From Limisphaerales bacterium (GTDB taxonomy: Bacteria; Verrucomicrobiota; Verrucomicrobiia; Limisphaerales; UBA1100), in contig CBFHWX010000004.1 in NCBI GenBank assembly GCA_965659445.1, positions 1 to 52,080 of the forward strand: a stretch of DNA of 52,080 nt. The letters run 5' to 3'. Both the position numbers and the translations under genes were made by a program. This document shows, piece after piece, positions 12,064 through 22,567 of this stretch. The notes under the pieces are model-generated. The model saw only the letters and a list, made by a program, of their open reading frames with translations, was not told the DNA's origin and searched no databases. Each line of letters starts with the position of its first letter. Positions within the stretch are counted from its first letter, which is position 1.

Positions 12064-14232
12064 ATGGAAACAGTGATAGAAAGAGATACTAGCTATTTGA
12101 ACTCGCCGGACCGCGAGTATACGCTGGAATGTACCCGTAACATCGGAATTGCCGCGCATATTGACGCCGGCAAAACGACGACCACGGAGCGCATTCTCTT
12201 TTACACCGGCCTTTGTCATAAGATTGGTGAGGTGCACGATGGGAACACGGTCACCGATTGGATGGAGCAGGAGCGGGAACGCGGGATCACCATTACTTCT
12301 GCTGCGACAACTTGTTTCTGGAATCAGGCTGCTGATGGTACCGAGAAGCTATGGTCGAATATTGAACATCGCATCAATATCATTGATACCCCCGGGCACG
12401 TTGATTTTACGGCTGAGGTGGAGCGCTCCATGCGTGTGCTCGATGGCGCGGTGGCGGTGTTTTGCGGAGTGGCGGGTGTTCAGCCCCAGTCAGAAACGGT
12501 TTGGCGTCAGGCCACCAAGTATGGAGTGCCACGCATTGCGTTCGTCAATAAGATGGACCGTACTGGTGCGAATTTTGCCAATGTGGTTAGCGAGATGCGT
12601 GAGAAACTTGGTGCACCGGCGCATCCTGTAGGTATTCCAATTGGCTCTGAGGAAGAGTTGGTTGGCTTGATCGATGTGGTGAACCAGAAGGCTTTGATCT
12701 ACGATACGGCTGATGAGCTTGGTTCCAAGATCGATGTTGAAGAGATTCCAAATGAGCTTAAGGTGGAAGCCGAAACAGCACTTGAAGAATTGATCGAAGC
12801 GGTGGGGGATCTTGATGATCAGGTTATGGGAATGTTGTTGAACGATGAGCCGGTAGATGCGGTGACTCTCAAACAGGCTATCCGTCGCCTCACCATTGCC
12901 AATAAATTTGTGCCTGTGCTGGGCGGATCCGCCTATAAAAACAAAGGTGTTCAGCCGATGGTGGATGCCGTGGTGGATTACCTGCCATCTCCGCTTGACG
13001 TGGAAACTGCCCAAGGAACGGATCGTGATGACTCTTCCATTGTGACGGAGTTGCCGGCCGATGATAATGCCCCGTTTTGCTCTTTGGCGTTTAAGCTTTG
13101 GACTGATCCGTTTGCCGGAAAGCTCGTTTTCTTCCGTGTGTACAGTGGCCAAATCAGCAAAGGCGACATTATTTACAATCCGCGCACACGGCGGAAGGAA
13201 CGAGTAAATCGGATCATGATGATTCAGGCGGACCAGCATAAAAATGTGGGAACGGCTTACGCTGGCGACATTGCCGCGTTAGTCGGTATTCGTAACATTA
13301 CCACCGGTGATACACTTTGCTCGCCGGATCTGGATGTGTGTCTTGAGCCGCCGACCTTTCCGGAGCCTGTAATTTCTATGGCGATCGAGCCGAATACGAA
13401 AGCCGATCAGGAAAAAATGAGTGAAGGGTTGCAGCGACTCTCCGAAGAGGACCCAACTTTTCGTTGCTATACCGATGAAGAAACCGGCCAGTTACTAATC
13501 GCAGGGATGGGTGAACTTCATTTGGAAATCATTCGGGATAGACTGTTTCGTGAGTTCAACGTGAAGGCACAAGCCGGCGCGCCTCAGATCGCCTATCGCG
13601 AGACGATTACCAAGTCTGCTGAAGGTCGTGGTTTGTTCAAGAAACAAACCGGTGGGCGTGGCCAGTATGGCGAAGCCATCATCACTCTGGAGCCTAATGT
13701 GAAGGGTGCTGGCGTTGAGATCGAGAATAAGATCGTGGGTGGAGTGATTCCCAGAGAATACATTCCCGCGGTTCAAAAGGGCATTGAGGAAACTATCCGA
13801 AGCGGCGTGCTTGCCGGTTATGAGATGATTGATCTTAAGATCGCCATTGTGGATGGCTCCTTTCACGAGGTCGATTCCAGCGAATTGGCCTTTAAGATGG
13901 CGGGTATTTTTGCCTTCAAAAAAGCTGTTGCCAATGCAAAACCGATTCTTCTGGAGCCTATGATGAAAGTCGAGGTTACCACGCCCGATGATTATCAAGG
14001 CGATCTTATTGGCGACATGAACCGCCGTCGCGGCGAGGTGCAGGGTATTGACTCCAAAACGTCCGGCACTGTTATCACCGCGAAGATTCCATTGGCCTCA
14101 TTGTTCGGCTACGCTACCGATATCCGTTCCCTTTCCAGTGGTCGGGCCTCATATTCAATGGAGCCGGACACGTTTGTGCCCGTGCCCCTGAGCATCGCAG
14201 AAGAAATTCTAGACAAGTCTGGAAAGAAATAG
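12064..14232 (+). CDS. fusA: Elongation factor G
   Basis: [24 protein letters not shown] motifs; str operon position. Confidence 0.99.
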   Translation: METVIERDTSYLNSPDREYTLECTRNIGIAAHIDAGKTTTTERILFYTGLCHKIGEVHDGNTVTDWMEQERERGITITSAATTCFWNQAADGTEKLWSNIEHRINIIDTPGHVDFTAEVERSMRVLDGAVAVFCGVAGVQPQSETVWRQATKYGVPRIAFVNKMDRTGANFANVVSEMREKLGAPAHPVGIPIGSEEELVGLIDVVNQKALIYDTADELGSKIDVEEIPNELKVEAETALEELIEAVGDLDDQVMGMLLNDEPVDAVTLKQAIRRLTIANKFVPVLGGSAYKNKGVQPMVDAVVDYLPSPLDVETAQGTDRDDSSIVTELPADDNAPFCSLAFKLWTDPFAGKLVFFRVYSGQISKGDIIYNPRTRRKERVNRIMMIQADQHKNVGTAYAGDIAALVGIRNITTGDTLCSPDLDVCLEPPTFPEPVISMAIEPNTKADQEKMSEGLQRLSEEDPTFRCYTDEETGQLLIAGMGELHLEIIRDRLFREFNVKAQAGAPQIAYRETITKSAEGRGLFKKQTGGRGQYGEAIITLEPNVKGAGVEIENKIVGGVIPREYIPAVQKGIEETIRSGVLAGYEMIDLKIAIVDGSFHEVDSSELAFKMAGIFAFKKAVANAKPILLEPMMKVEVTTPDDYQGDLIGDMNRRRGEVQGIDSKTSGTVITAKIPLASLFGYATDIRSLSSGRASYSMEPDTFVPVPLSIAEEILDKSGKK

Positions 14233-14243
14233 GGCAAATTATC

Positions 14244-14570
14244 ATGGCTACACCCAATCAACATTTTCGCATTCGCCTCAAGAGCTATGATCATCGTGTC
14301 CTGGATAGTTCCTCCATCGAGATCGTGGAGACTGTGAAACGCACCGGAAGTCGCGTGGCTGGCCCCATCCCACTGCCTACTCGACGCGAGCGATTTACCA
14401 TGACGCGTTCGCCGCACGTGGATAAAAAAAGTCAGGAAACATTCGAGCAGCGCACGCATAAGCGCCTAATTGATATTTTGCAACCCACCGCGGCAACCGT
14501 GGACGAACTAAAAAAACTTAGCCTGCCGGCGGGTGTGGAAATCGACATCAAAATAATTTCAACGGCATGA
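14244..14570 (+). CDS. rpsJ: 30S ribosomal protein S10
   Basis: [25 protein letters not shown]. Confidence 0.99.
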   Translation: MATPNQHFRIRLKSYDHRVLDSSSIEIVETVKRTGSRVAGPIPLPTRRERFTMTRSPHVDKKSQETFEQRTHKRLIDILQPTAATVDELKKLSLPAGVEIDIKIISTA

Positions 14571-15214
14571 TCGGATTGATAGGAAAGAAACTGGGTCAGA
14601 CACGCGTGTATGACGTAGAGGGCAATGCGGTATGTGTTACTGTTGTGCACGCCGGGCCGAATCGTGTGGTCCAGCGAAAATCTACCGAGGGCAAGGACGG
14701 CTATAATGCGGTGCAACTCGGGTACGATGATCAAGCCAAGGAATTCCGGGTGAGCAAACCTTTGCAGGGACATTTTAAGAAACAGGGTAGTGCGCTCACC
14801 AAACTTGTGATGGAGTTCCGTGATTTTTCGTTGGAAGTAGATGAAGGTGATACTGTTCCGGTGACGGTTTTTGAGCCGGGTGATTTTGTGGATGTGATTG
14901 CCAAGACCAAGGGCCGCGGGTTTCAAGGAGTGGTGAAGCGCTGGAACTTTGGAGGCGGTCCAAAAACCCACGGCCAAAAGGGATTCTTCAGGCGACCTGG
15001 CGGGATCGGTGCCTGTGCGACGCCCGGTTGGGTGGATAAAGGCAAAAAAATGCCGGGGCAAATGGGGCAGAAACGTCGCACGGTGCAGAATTTGGAGATT
15101 ATTCAAGTGCGGGAAGAGGACAATGTGATTCTGGTTAAAGGGGCAATCCCCGGTGCCAAGGGCGATTACGTGGTGATCCGCGAGGCGAAGAAACGACCGA
15201 AGGCGGCCAAGTAA
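14567..15214 (+). CDS. rplC: 50S ribosomal protein L3
   Basis: [32 protein letters not shown]. Confidence 0.99.
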   Translation: MIGLIGKKLGQTRVYDVEGNAVCVTVVHAGPNRVVQRKSTEGKDGYNAVQLGYDDQAKEFRVSKPLQGHFKKQGSALTKLVMEFRDFSLEVDEGDTVPVTVFEPGDFVDVIAKTKGRGFQGVVKRWNFGGGPKTHGQKGFFRRPGGIGACATPGWVDKGKKMPGQMGQKRRTVQNLEIIQVREEDNVILVKGAIPGAKGDYVVIREAKKRPKAAK

Positions 15215-15231
15215 ATGCTGAGATAGACCCG

Positions 15232-15864
15232 ATGGAACTCGAAATAAAAACACTTTCAGGCGACGGCGCGGGCAAGCAGTCTGTCGGCTTTGATTTAGTT
15301 AAGGAGAACAAGGGTAATCAGGCCGTTCACGACACCGTGGTTGCCTATCTAGCTGCTCAACGAATGGGTACTGCTAAAACCAAGGATCGTGGGGAAGTGA
15401 GCGGCACCGGTAAGAAACCTTGGCGCCAAAAGGGAACAGGTCGCGCTCGCACTGGTTCGCTCCGGACCAATATTTTTACCGGTGGTGGCGTGACGCATGG
15501 TCCGCGTCCGCGTGATTTTTCTAAGAAGGTTAATGCGAAAACACGTCACCTTGCGTTACGCAAAGCCCTGAGCGAACGCATGAAAGATGGCGAGGTCATT
15601 TTGGTGGACAGTCTTGAGCTGGAAACGCGCAAGACCAAGGAACTTAGAAACTCTATTCTCTTGCTGAAGCCGGAGAATGCCGAGACCGTCCTGCTGGTGA
15701 ATGCTAAACCCAACGACAACCTTGCTTGGGCTGCTCGCAATCTCCCCCTGCTGAATCTCGTCCAGGCAGACACGTTGAACACCTATCAGGTTTTGTGGCC
15801 GGATGTCATGATTCTCACAAAGGAAGCCCTGGAAACTGTCACCGAGCGATTGAATAAAAAATAA
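15232..15864 (+). CDS. rplD: 50S ribosomal protein L4
   Basis: KPWRQKGTGRAR, GGGVTHGPRPR. Confidence 0.99.
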   Translation: MELEIKTLSGDGAGKQSVGFDLVKENKGNQAVHDTVVAYLAAQRMGTAKTKDRGEVSGTGKKPWRQKGTGRARTGSLRTNIFTGGGVTHGPRPRDFSKKVNAKTRHLALRKALSERMKDGEVILVDSLELETRKTKELRNSILLLKPENAETVLLVNAKPNDNLAWAARNLPLLNLVQADTLNTYQVLWPDVMILTKEALETVTERLNKK

Positions 15865-15866
15865 TC

Positions 15867-16187
15867 ATGAACTCGTTCAACATCATCAAGGGTCTGCATG
15901 ATTCTGAGAAGACGCAGCAGCAGAAGGATCTTTTCGCCTTGCGCCGCACCAAGGGTATGAAGGAGGACGTGGCCAAAAAATACACGTTGCGAGTCGATGT
16001 CCGGGCCAACAAGAACCAGATACGCAAGGCTGTTGAAGAATTGTTTCCAAAAGTGAAGGTAGCGTGTGTGAATACCATGCGTCAGCACGGCAAAGCTAAA
16101 CGTGCTCGAACCCGTATGGCTGGCAGCACTAGTGAATGGAAAAAAGCAGTGGTGACGCTCAAGGAAGGCGAGATCGAACTGTTGTAA
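15867..16187 (+). CDS. rplW: 50S ribosomal protein L23
   Basis: [25 protein letters not shown]; synteny. Confidence 0.95.
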   Translation: MNSFNIIKGLHDSEKTQQQKDLFALRRTKGMKEDVAKKYTLRVDVRANKNQIRKAVEELFPKVKVACVNTMRQHGKAKRARTRMAGSTSEWKKAVVTLKEGEIELL

Positions 16188-16200
16188 GGAGAATTATAAG

Positions 16201-17070
16201 ATGCCCATCCGATCCTACAAACCCGTGACCCCCTCAATGCGCTATATCAAGCGCTCGACATTTGAGGAGATCACGAAGACCAAGCCGGAAAAATCGCTGG
16301 TCAAGACTAAGAAAAAAACCGGCGGGCGCAACAGTGACGGTCGCATCACCATGCGCGGCATTGGAGGCGGTGCTAAGCAGAAGATTCGCAATATTGATTT
16401 TCGCCGGAGATTTGCTCGCGATAAATACGGCCCGGAGGCCACGGTGGAAGCGAAAGTAATCGCTATTGAATACGATCCGATTCGCTCCGCGCGTATTGCC
16501 TTGGTAGAATATGCTGATGGCGAAAAGCGTTATGTGATCGCCGCCAAGGGCATTGGCGTGGACAGCAAGATTTTTAGCGGACCAAACGCCGAGCCGGAAA
16601 TCGGCAATGCGCTTCCACTCTGCAGAATTCCCCCGGGTACGGCCGTTCATAATGTTGAGCTGACGCAAGGTAGGGGCGGGCAGATTGTACGCGCGGCCGG
16701 CACGTCCGCAACGTTGATGGCGGTTGATAAGGAATATGCCCAGGTCAAATTGCCTTCTGGAGAAATTCGTCGAGTAAAGGCTGCTTGCTGGGCCACTGTG
16801 GGTGTGGTGGGTAATGCCGACCACGTGAAGCAAGTGATCGGCAAGGCCGGCAATACGCGACATCGTGGTCGCCGTGGCATTACGCGAGCTGTGGCAAAAA
16901 ATCCAGTGGATCACCCGATGGGCGGCGGTGAGGCCAAGACCTCAGGAGGCGGTCATCCGGTCACTCCTTGGGGTGTGATTACCAAGGGTTACAAGACCCG
17001 CAGCAAAAAGAAGTACTCCAATAAATTTATCCTCGTTCGGCGTGATGGCCGCCCGATGAAACGAAAATAA
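16201..17070 (+). CDS. rplB: 50S ribosomal protein L2
   Basis: [24 protein letters not shown]. Confidence 0.99.
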   Translation: MPIRSYKPVTPSMRYIKRSTFEEITKTKPEKSLVKTKKKTGGRNSDGRITMRGIGGGAKQKIRNIDFRRRFARDKYGPEATVEAKVIAIEYDPIRSARIALVEYADGEKRYVIAAKGIGVDSKIFSGPNAEPEIGNALPLCRIPPGTAVHNVELTQGRGGQIVRAAGTSATLMAVDKEYAQVKLPSGEIRRVKAACWATVGVVGNADHVKQVIGKAGNTRHRGRRGITRAVAKNPVDHPMGGGEAKTSGGGHPVTPWGVITKGYKTRSKKKYSNKFILVRRDGRPMKRK

Positions 17071-17078
17071 CACTTAAG

Positions 17079-17360
17079 ATGGCACGTTCACTTAAAAAAG
17101 GATTTTACACGGAGGCGAAGCTACTATTGAAAGTGGCCAAGCTGAAGGAGTCTGGATCGAGCAAGCCGATAAAAACTTGGTCGCGCCGTTCGACGATTCA
17201 GCCGGATTTTGTCGGCCACACTTTTAACGTGCACAATGGCAAAGCGTTTTTGCCAGTGTTCGTCACGGAAAATATGGTGGGGCACAAACTTGGCGAATTT
17301 TCACCTACGAGGGTTTTCAGGGGGCATAGTGCACATGTAAAACGGGAGGTCACCAAGTAA
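17079..17360 (+). CDS. rpsS: 30S ribosomal protein S19
   Basis: [22 protein letters not shown]. Confidence 0.99.
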   Translation: MARSLKKGFYTEAKLLLKVAKLKESGSSKPIKTWSRRSTIQPDFVGHTFNVHNGKAFLPVFVTENMVGHKLGEFSPTRVFRGHSAHVKREVTK

Positions 17361-17361
17361 T

Positions 17362-17877
17362 ATGAACGTCACCTCTATCGCTCGCAACGTCCGGATGTCG
17401 CCGAAGAAGGTGCGCGAAGTCACGCGCCAACTTCTGCCCAGAAAGGATAGAAAGGGCAATAAGATTTACCTGTCCGTGGATCAGGCTCAAGCGTTGCTCT
17501 CAGCTATACCACGCAAATCCGCCCGCTTGGTGGCCAAGACCCTCAAGACTGCCATCGCGGATGCCGAGCATATTCGTGGAGAGTGGAGTGAGGGCGATGT
17601 GCAAAATCGGGTGGCAGAAATTAAGCAGGACATTGAGAATCATACGAAAAAAGATGGCAAACTGCATCGTAAATACCGCCACCTTCCTGGGAAGTTGGCT
17701 CGACTCGAGTCATACCTTGATTCCGAACACAAGTTGGCCGAGGGTAAGTTGACCGTTCGGGAAGCGATTGTGGGTGCGGCTACGCCTTTGCGCCGCTGGA
17801 GAACACGCGCCCGTGGAGGTGGTTCACCGATCATTAAGCGGACTAGTCATATTCGCATCACTCTTTCCGACGAATAG
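17362..17877 (+). CDS. rplV: 50S ribosomal protein L22 with two internal insertions
   Basis: RMSPKKVR N-terminus and RARG...KRTSHIRI C-terminus; lies between rpsS and rpsC; 171 aa. Confidence 0.95.
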   Translation: MNVTSIARNVRMSPKKVREVTRQLLPRKDRKGNKIYLSVDQAQALLSAIPRKSARLVAKTLKTAIADAEHIRGEWSEGDVQNRVAEIKQDIENHTKKDGKLHRKYRHLPGKLARLESYLDSEHKLAEGKLTVREAIVGAATPLRRWRTRARGGGSPIIKRTSHIRITLSDE

Positions 17878-17881
17878 AACC

Positions 17882-18562
17882 ATGGGACAAAAAGCAAATC
17901 CAATCGGGCTTCGCACAGCGGTCACCAAGGAGTGGGCCTCCAAATGGTATGCCGAGAAGAAACAGTTCGCAGGCTTTCTAGCTGAGGATCGCGCCATTCG
18001 CGAACTGCTGAAGAACAAGCTAGCTGGGGCAGCCGTGACCAAGATCTTGATAGAGCGGGCCACACAGCGCGTGCGCATCAAGATTCTTACTGCCCGCCCA
18101 GGCGTGGTGATTGGCCGGCGCGGTGCGGAGATTGACAAGATTAAGGAACAGCTTTCCCGCATGACCGGCAAGGAAATCTATGTGGATATCCAGGAAATTC
18201 GTGTGCCGGAAATTGACGCCCAACTCGTAGCGGAGAATGTGGCCATGCAGCTTGAGCGCCGTATTGCCTTCCGCCGTGCCATGAAAAGAGCCGTGCAAAT
18301 GGCCATGGACTTCGGCGCCGAAGGTATCCGTATCCGTTGCGCGGGTCGCCTCGGGGGTGCGGAAATGTCCCGCGTGGAACAGTATCTTGAAGGTCGCGTG
18401 CCGTTGCACACCCTTCGGGCGAATATTGATTACGGATTCACTGAAGCTAAAACCAAGGCTGGTGTTCTTGGTATCAAGTGCTGGGTTTGCACGGGCGAAA
18501 ACAAGCCTTCCAAAAATCAAGGCGATGAGGTGATTGAAACCAGCCCTGTTGGCAACAATTAA
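17882..18562 (+). CDS. rpsC: 30S ribosomal protein S3
   Basis: MGQKANPIGLR start, RPGVVIG KH motif, GRVPLHTLRA. Confidence 0.99.
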   Translation: MGQKANPIGLRTAVTKEWASKWYAEKKQFAGFLAEDRAIRELLKNKLAGAAVTKILIERATQRVRIKILTARPGVVIGRRGAEIDKIKEQLSRMTGKEIYVDIQEIRVPEIDAQLVAENVAMQLERRIAFRRAMKRAVQMAMDFGAEGIRIRCAGRLGGAEMSRVEQYLEGRVPLHTLRANIDYGFTEAKTKAGVLGIKCWVCTGENKPSKNQGDEVIETSPVGNN

Positions 18563-18580
18563 ATATAGGAACGATTTATA

Positions 18581-18991
18581 ATGGCTGCTCAAATTCCAGC
18601 TCGGGTCAAATTCCGCAAAATGCATCGTGGCAGCCGTGCCGGTGTAGCTTGGAAGGGCTGTAATATATCTTTCGGTGAATACGGCCTGCAAGCACTCGAT
18701 CGTGCGTGGATTACCACCCGCCAGATTGAGGCCTGCCGCCAAACAATCACCCGCAAAATGAAACGTCGCGGCAAGGTCTGGATTCGTATTTTCCCCCACA
18801 AATCCTACACGAAGAAACCGTTGGAAGTTCGGATGGGCAAAGGCAAGGCAAACGTGGAGGGCTGGGTAGCCGTTGTACGTCCGGCCACCATGTTGTTTGA
18901 AGTGGGCGGCGTGAGTGAGAGTCTCGCCAAGGAAGCCTTGGCCTTGGCCGCGGCCAAGCTGCCCATCCCAACCCGATTGATCAAGCGATAG
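18581..18991 (+). CDS. rplP: 50S ribosomal protein L16
   Basis: RQIEACR, WIRIFPH, RMGKGK. Confidence 0.99.
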   Translation: MAAQIPARVKFRKMHRGSRAGVAWKGCNISFGEYGLQALDRAWITTRQIEACRQTITRKMKRRGKVWIRIFPHKSYTKKPLEVRMGKGKANVEGWVAVVRPATMLFEVGGVSESLAKEALALAAAKLPIPTRLIKR

Positions 18992-18993
18992 CC

Positions 18994-19197
18994 ATGAAGA
19001 TTGAAGAAATCAAGGAAATGCCCGTTGTGGAGTTACAGACAAAGAGTCGTGACCTTCGTATGGAGCTCTTCAATCTGAACCTGCAGAAATCAATGGGCAC
19101 GCTTGAAAAATCGCATCGCATTGGCCAGATTCGCAAGGATATTGCCAGAGTGGAGACCATGTTGACACGAATCAGGAACCAAGCTGTACAGGCCTAA
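18994..19197 (+). CDS. rpmC: 50S ribosomal protein L29
   Basis: ELFNL...IRKDIARVET; synteny. Confidence 0.96.
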   Translation: MKIEEIKEMPVVELQTKSRDLRMELFNLNLQKSMGTLEKSHRIGQIRKDIARVETMLTRIRNQAVQA

Positions 19198-19214
19198 TAG
19201 ATTTAATACAAACG

Positions 19215-19475
19215 ATGAGCGAGAAGGAAACACAGGAAAAGCACCGCAAACAACGCCGCGGTTCGGTGGTGTCCGACAAGGGCAACAAGACCATCATTGT
19301 GCAGGTGAAACGTCGTGCCCGTCATCCCCTCTATAAAAAAGTAATTTCTCACTATAAGAAATTTTATGCCCACGACCCGGAAAATACCGCCAAGGTGGGT
19401 GATGAAGTACGGATTCAGGAATGCAAGCCTGTTTCCAAGCTCAAGCGCTGGGAATTGGTAGAGGTGGTTTCCTAG
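19215..19475 (+). CDS. rpsQ: 30S ribosomal protein S17
   Basis: GSVVSDK, HPLYKK, AHD, GDEVRIQECKPVSKLKRW. Confidence 0.99.
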   Translation: MSEKETQEKHRKQRRGSVVSDKGNKTIIVQVKRRARHPLYKKVISHYKKFYAHDPENTAKVGDEVRIQECKPVSKLKRWELVEVVS

Positions 19476-19493
19476 AATCGAAAGTATAGAGTT

Positions 19494-19862
19494 ATGCTGC
19501 AATTATGTTCAATTTGTGAAGTGGCCGACAACACCGGTGCCAAGCGCGCCGCAATCATCGGCGTGCTTGGTGAGCGGAAACGTTACGGCGAGATTGGCGA
19601 TATTGTAAAAGCTCATATCAAGGAAGCTGCTCCTGATGGTGCCGTGAAGAAGAGTGAACTGGTAAGCGCCGTGGTGGTACGCACCAAGAAATCGATTCGT
19701 CGCGCAGATGGTTCCTATCTGCGCTTTGATAGCAATGCGGTGGTGATTATCGATGAAGAGGGGAACCCTCGTGGCACACGGATATTCGGTCCGGTGGCCC
19801 GTGAACTTCGCGAGCAAAAAAGGTTTATGAAAATAATTTCACTCGCACCGGAGGTCCTCTAA
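19494..19862 (+). CDS. rplN: 50S ribosomal protein L14
   Basis: [26 protein letters not shown]. Confidence 0.99.
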   Translation: MLQLCSICEVADNTGAKRAAIIGVLGERKRYGEIGDIVKAHIKEAAPDGAVKKSELVSAVVVRTKKSIRRADGSYLRFDSNAVVIIDEEGNPRGTRIFGPVARELREQKRFMKIISLAPEVL

Positions 19863-20170
19863 TGGCGAGCAAAGAACAAGGCAAGAAGAAGAAATATCGC
19901 ATTCGCCGGGACGTTGAGGTTCAAATCCTGTCAGGGGAGCACATCGGTCGAACTGGGAAAGTGATCCGCCTCCTTCGTGATACCGATAGAGTGGAAGTGG
20001 AGATCGATGGACTGGATGAGAAGTACAAAATTCAGAAGCATCAGAAACGCAGTAATGAACACCCGAACGGTGCAATTTTGAAACTGAACCCCACTATTCA
20101 CATTTCCAATGTGATGCATCTGGATCGTTGGAACGATCGCGACAACCGCAATACTGTGACGGTAGAATAA
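19862..20170 (+). CDS. rplX: 50S ribosomal protein L24 (divergent)
   Basis: KOW-like V..LSG...G..GKV, KHQK, IHISNVM; synteny. Confidence 0.92.
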   Translation: MASKEQGKKKKYRIRRDVEVQILSGEHIGRTGKVIRLLRDTDRVEVEIDGLDEKYKIQKHQKRSNEHPNGAILKLNPTIHISNVMHLDRWNDRDNRNTVTVE

Positions 20171-20181
20171 TTAGACGCCCG

Positions 20182-20922
20182 ATGAAACCGCGACTTTATA
20201 CCAAATATCAGGAAGATGTGAAACCCGCCCTGCAGGAGGGGCGCGGGTATGCCAATGTGCATCAGGTTCCCGTAATCGAGAAGATTATCGTGCACATGGG
20301 CGTGGACGCCCAGCAGGAAAAATCGGCAATGGATGATGCTATGGCGGATATGAAAACCATTACGGGTCGCAAGCCAGTGGTGGATCTCGCCCGCAAGAGC
20401 GTGGCGAATTTCAAGTTGCGTGAAGGCATGGCTATCGGTTGTCACGTCACCCTGCGCCGCGATGTGATGTGGGAATTTCTTGATCGTCTGACCGCCACGG
20501 CACTGCCGGGCATTCGTGACTTTCGCGGCATCAATCCGCGCAGCTTTGACGGACGAGGCAATTACTCGTTGGGCATCAGTGATCAAGCCATCTTCCCGGA
20601 GATTGAATTGGATAAAGTGAAACGTACGCAGGGCATGGATATCACCATCGTGACCACCGCGAAAACCAATGACGAAGCGTTGGACCTGTTGACCCGGATG
20701 GGGATGCCTTTTGCGAGCAGAAAAGAGATGGAAATTAAGGAAGCCGAGGAAGCAAAGGCCAAAGCAGCCGCAAAGGCAAGAGCAGCCATTGAAGCCGAAG
20801 CAGCTGCTGAAGCCGAAGCAGCTGCTGAAGCCGAAGCATCTGCTGAAGCTGGAACCGAAGCAACCACTGAAGCCGAAGCATCCGCTAATGCGGAGGACGA
20901 AAACACTGGCGAAAAGCAATAG
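20182..20922 (+). CDS. rplE: 50S ribosomal protein L5 with Ala/Glu-rich C-terminal tail
   Basis: ITGRKP, FKLREG, IRDFRG, FDGRGNY, GMPF; start at ATG 20182. Confidence 0.98.
   Translation: MKPRLYTKYQEDVKPALQEGRGYANVHQVPVIEKIIVHMGVDAQQEKSAMDDAMADMKTITGRKPVVDLARKSVANFKLREGMAIGCHVTLRRDVMWEFLDRLTATALPGIRDFRGINPRSFDGRGNYSLGISDQAIFPEIELDKVKRTQGMDITIVTTAKTNDEALDLLTRMGMPFASRKEMEIKEAEEAKAKAAAKARAAIEAEAAAEAEAAAEAEASAEAGTEATTEAEASANAEDENTGEKQ
20791..20886 (+). repeat. 18-bp coding tandem repeat (GAAGCCGAAGCAGCTGCT, EAEAAA) in rplE tail
   Basis: Three near-perfect copies at 20791-20844 plus degenerate copies to about 20886. Confidence 0.9.
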
Positions 20923-20935
20923 AAAGGATTTATTT

Positions 20936-21205
20936 ATGGCCAAGAAATCTTGGATAGCACGAAATAAGAAGAAGCAGCGTGTCGTAGTAAAGTATGCGGA
21001 AAAGCGCGCTGAATTGAAAGCTGCCGGCGATTACGAAGGCCTTTCCAAACTACCACGTAACGCGAGTCCCTGTCGTGTGGTAAATCGCTGCGAGGTTACT
21101 GGACGCCGCCATGGCTATTTCAGAAAATTTGGCATGTCCCGACTTGCCTTTCGGGAAGCCGCGCTGGGAGGAATGATCCCCGGCGTAATGAAAGCGAGTT
21201 GGTAA
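20936..21205 (+). CDS. rpsN: 30S ribosomal protein S14, long zinc-independent type (89 aa)
   Basis: MAKKS start, [20 protein letters not shown]; lacks the two CxxC pairs. Confidence 0.98.
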   Translation: MAKKSWIARNKKKQRVVVKYAEKRAELKAAGDYEGLSKLPRNASPCRVVNRCEVTGRRHGYFRKFGMSRLAFREAALGGMIPGVMKASW

Positions 21206-21206
21206 T

Positions 21207-21590
21207 ATGGATCCTATTGCCGACATGTTGACCTGTATACGTAACGCCAACTTGGCTCTCAAGCCGGAAGTGGTGGTGCGGCACTCCAAGCTCAAGGAAA
21301 ATATAGCGCGCGTTCTCAAGCAGGAAGGGTTCATCGTCGATTTTCAAGTCAGCGATGAGAAACTCAAGAAACTTCAAATTACGCTGAAGATAAAGGGCCG
21401 CAAGGGAGTGATTGAAGGGATTAAGAAAATCAGCAAACCAGGTCTCCGCCATTACGTTGGCGCGGATGAAATCCCTCGGGTGCTCGGTGGTCTTGGGGTC
21501 GCAATTATCAGTACCTCCAAGGGAGTGCTCACCGGGCAGGAAGCCCGTGCGCAAGAGCTTGGAGGCGAAGTGCTAGCCCACGTTTGGTAG
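21207..21590 (+). CDS. rpsH: 30S ribosomal protein S8
   Basis: DPIADML, ISKPGLR, STSKG, GGEV. Confidence 0.99.
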   Translation: MDPIADMLTCIRNANLALKPEVVVRHSKLKENIARVLKQEGFIVDFQVSDEKLKKLQITLKIKGRKGVIEGIKKISKPGLRHYVGADEIPRVLGGLGVAIISTSKGVLTGQEARAQELGGEVLAHVW

Positions 21591-21603
21591 AAAGGAATTT
21601 AAT

Positions 21604-22143
21604 ATGTCACGTATTGGTAAAATGCCTGTGCCCGTGCCGGACGCCGTGAAAGTGGTGATCAACGGACGCACCATTTCCGCCGAGGGACCCAAGGGCAAGA
21701 TGCAATTGCATTTGCCCGAGCTCACCGATGCAAAGCTGGAAGAGAGTCAGGTAGTGGTCACTCGTGAGAGCGAAGTGAAACGTGCCAGGGCCATGCACGG
21801 TCTCGCGCGCGCGCTGATCAACAACATGGTGGTTGGCGTAGAAAAGGGTTTTGTGAAAAAACTAGAGATCCATGGTGTGGGCTTTAAGGCCGCACTGCAA
21901 GGCAATGTACTGAATCTTCAGCTCGGATACTCACATGATATTAATCACAACGTTCCCGATGGCATTATTGTGACAGTGGATAAAAGCACCCTCATCACCG
22001 TGGAAGGAGCCGACAAAGCGCTTGTGGGTAAGGTGGCTTCTGAATTGCGCTCCTATTATCCCGTGGAACCCTATAAGGGCAAGGGTGTGCGCTATGCTGA
22101 TGAACAAGTTGTGCGCAAGCAGGGCAAGCAAGTAACAACATAA
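21604..22143 (+). CDS. rplF: 50S ribosomal protein L6
   Basis: MSRIGK, GVGFKA, EPYKGKGVRY. Confidence 0.99.
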   Translation: MSRIGKMPVPVPDAVKVVINGRTISAEGPKGKMQLHLPELTDAKLEESQVVVTRESEVKRARAMHGLARALINNMVVGVEKGFVKKLEIHGVGFKAALQGNVLNLQLGYSHDINHNVPDGIIVTVDKSTLITVEGADKALVGKVASELRSYYPVEPYKGKGVRYADEQVVRKQGKQVTT

Positions 22144-22173
22144 GCAAGTGCAATAATCTGACCAGACAAAACG

Positions 22174-22545
22174 ATGAGACCCGAAGTCAAACGCAGGACG
22201 GAACAGAAGCGACGCTGGCGCATTCGAAACAAGGTGAAGGGCACCGCTCAACGTCCACGAATGAGTGTACGTTTTACCGAACGCAACATCTATGTGCAAT
22301 TTATCGATGATGACGCAGGTAAGACCCTCGCCTCTGCTTCCACCCGGCATAAAGCGCAGGAGAATCGTGAGAAACTAGCTGCCAATAAGATAAGCGCAGA
22401 GACTGTGGGGAAAGCCGCCAGTGAGGCCGCTAAGGAGGCCGGAATAGAGACTGTGGTGTTTGATCGTAGTGGCGCGCGCTATGTGAAAGGCGGCAAAGTG
22501 GACACGCTCGCCAGAGCTGTTCGCTCTGGTGGTGTGAAATTTTGA
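22174..22545 (+). CDS. rplR: 50S ribosomal protein L18
   Basis: RPRMSV, IYVQFIDD, VVFDR; synteny. Confidence 0.97.
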   Translation: MRPEVKRRTEQKRRWRIRNKVKGTAQRPRMSVRFTERNIYVQFIDDDAGKTLASASTRHKAQENREKLAANKISAETVGKAASEAAKEAGIETVVFDRSGARYVKGGKVDTLARAVRSGGVKF

Positions 22546-22567
22546 ATGGAACCGAAGGACGAATATC

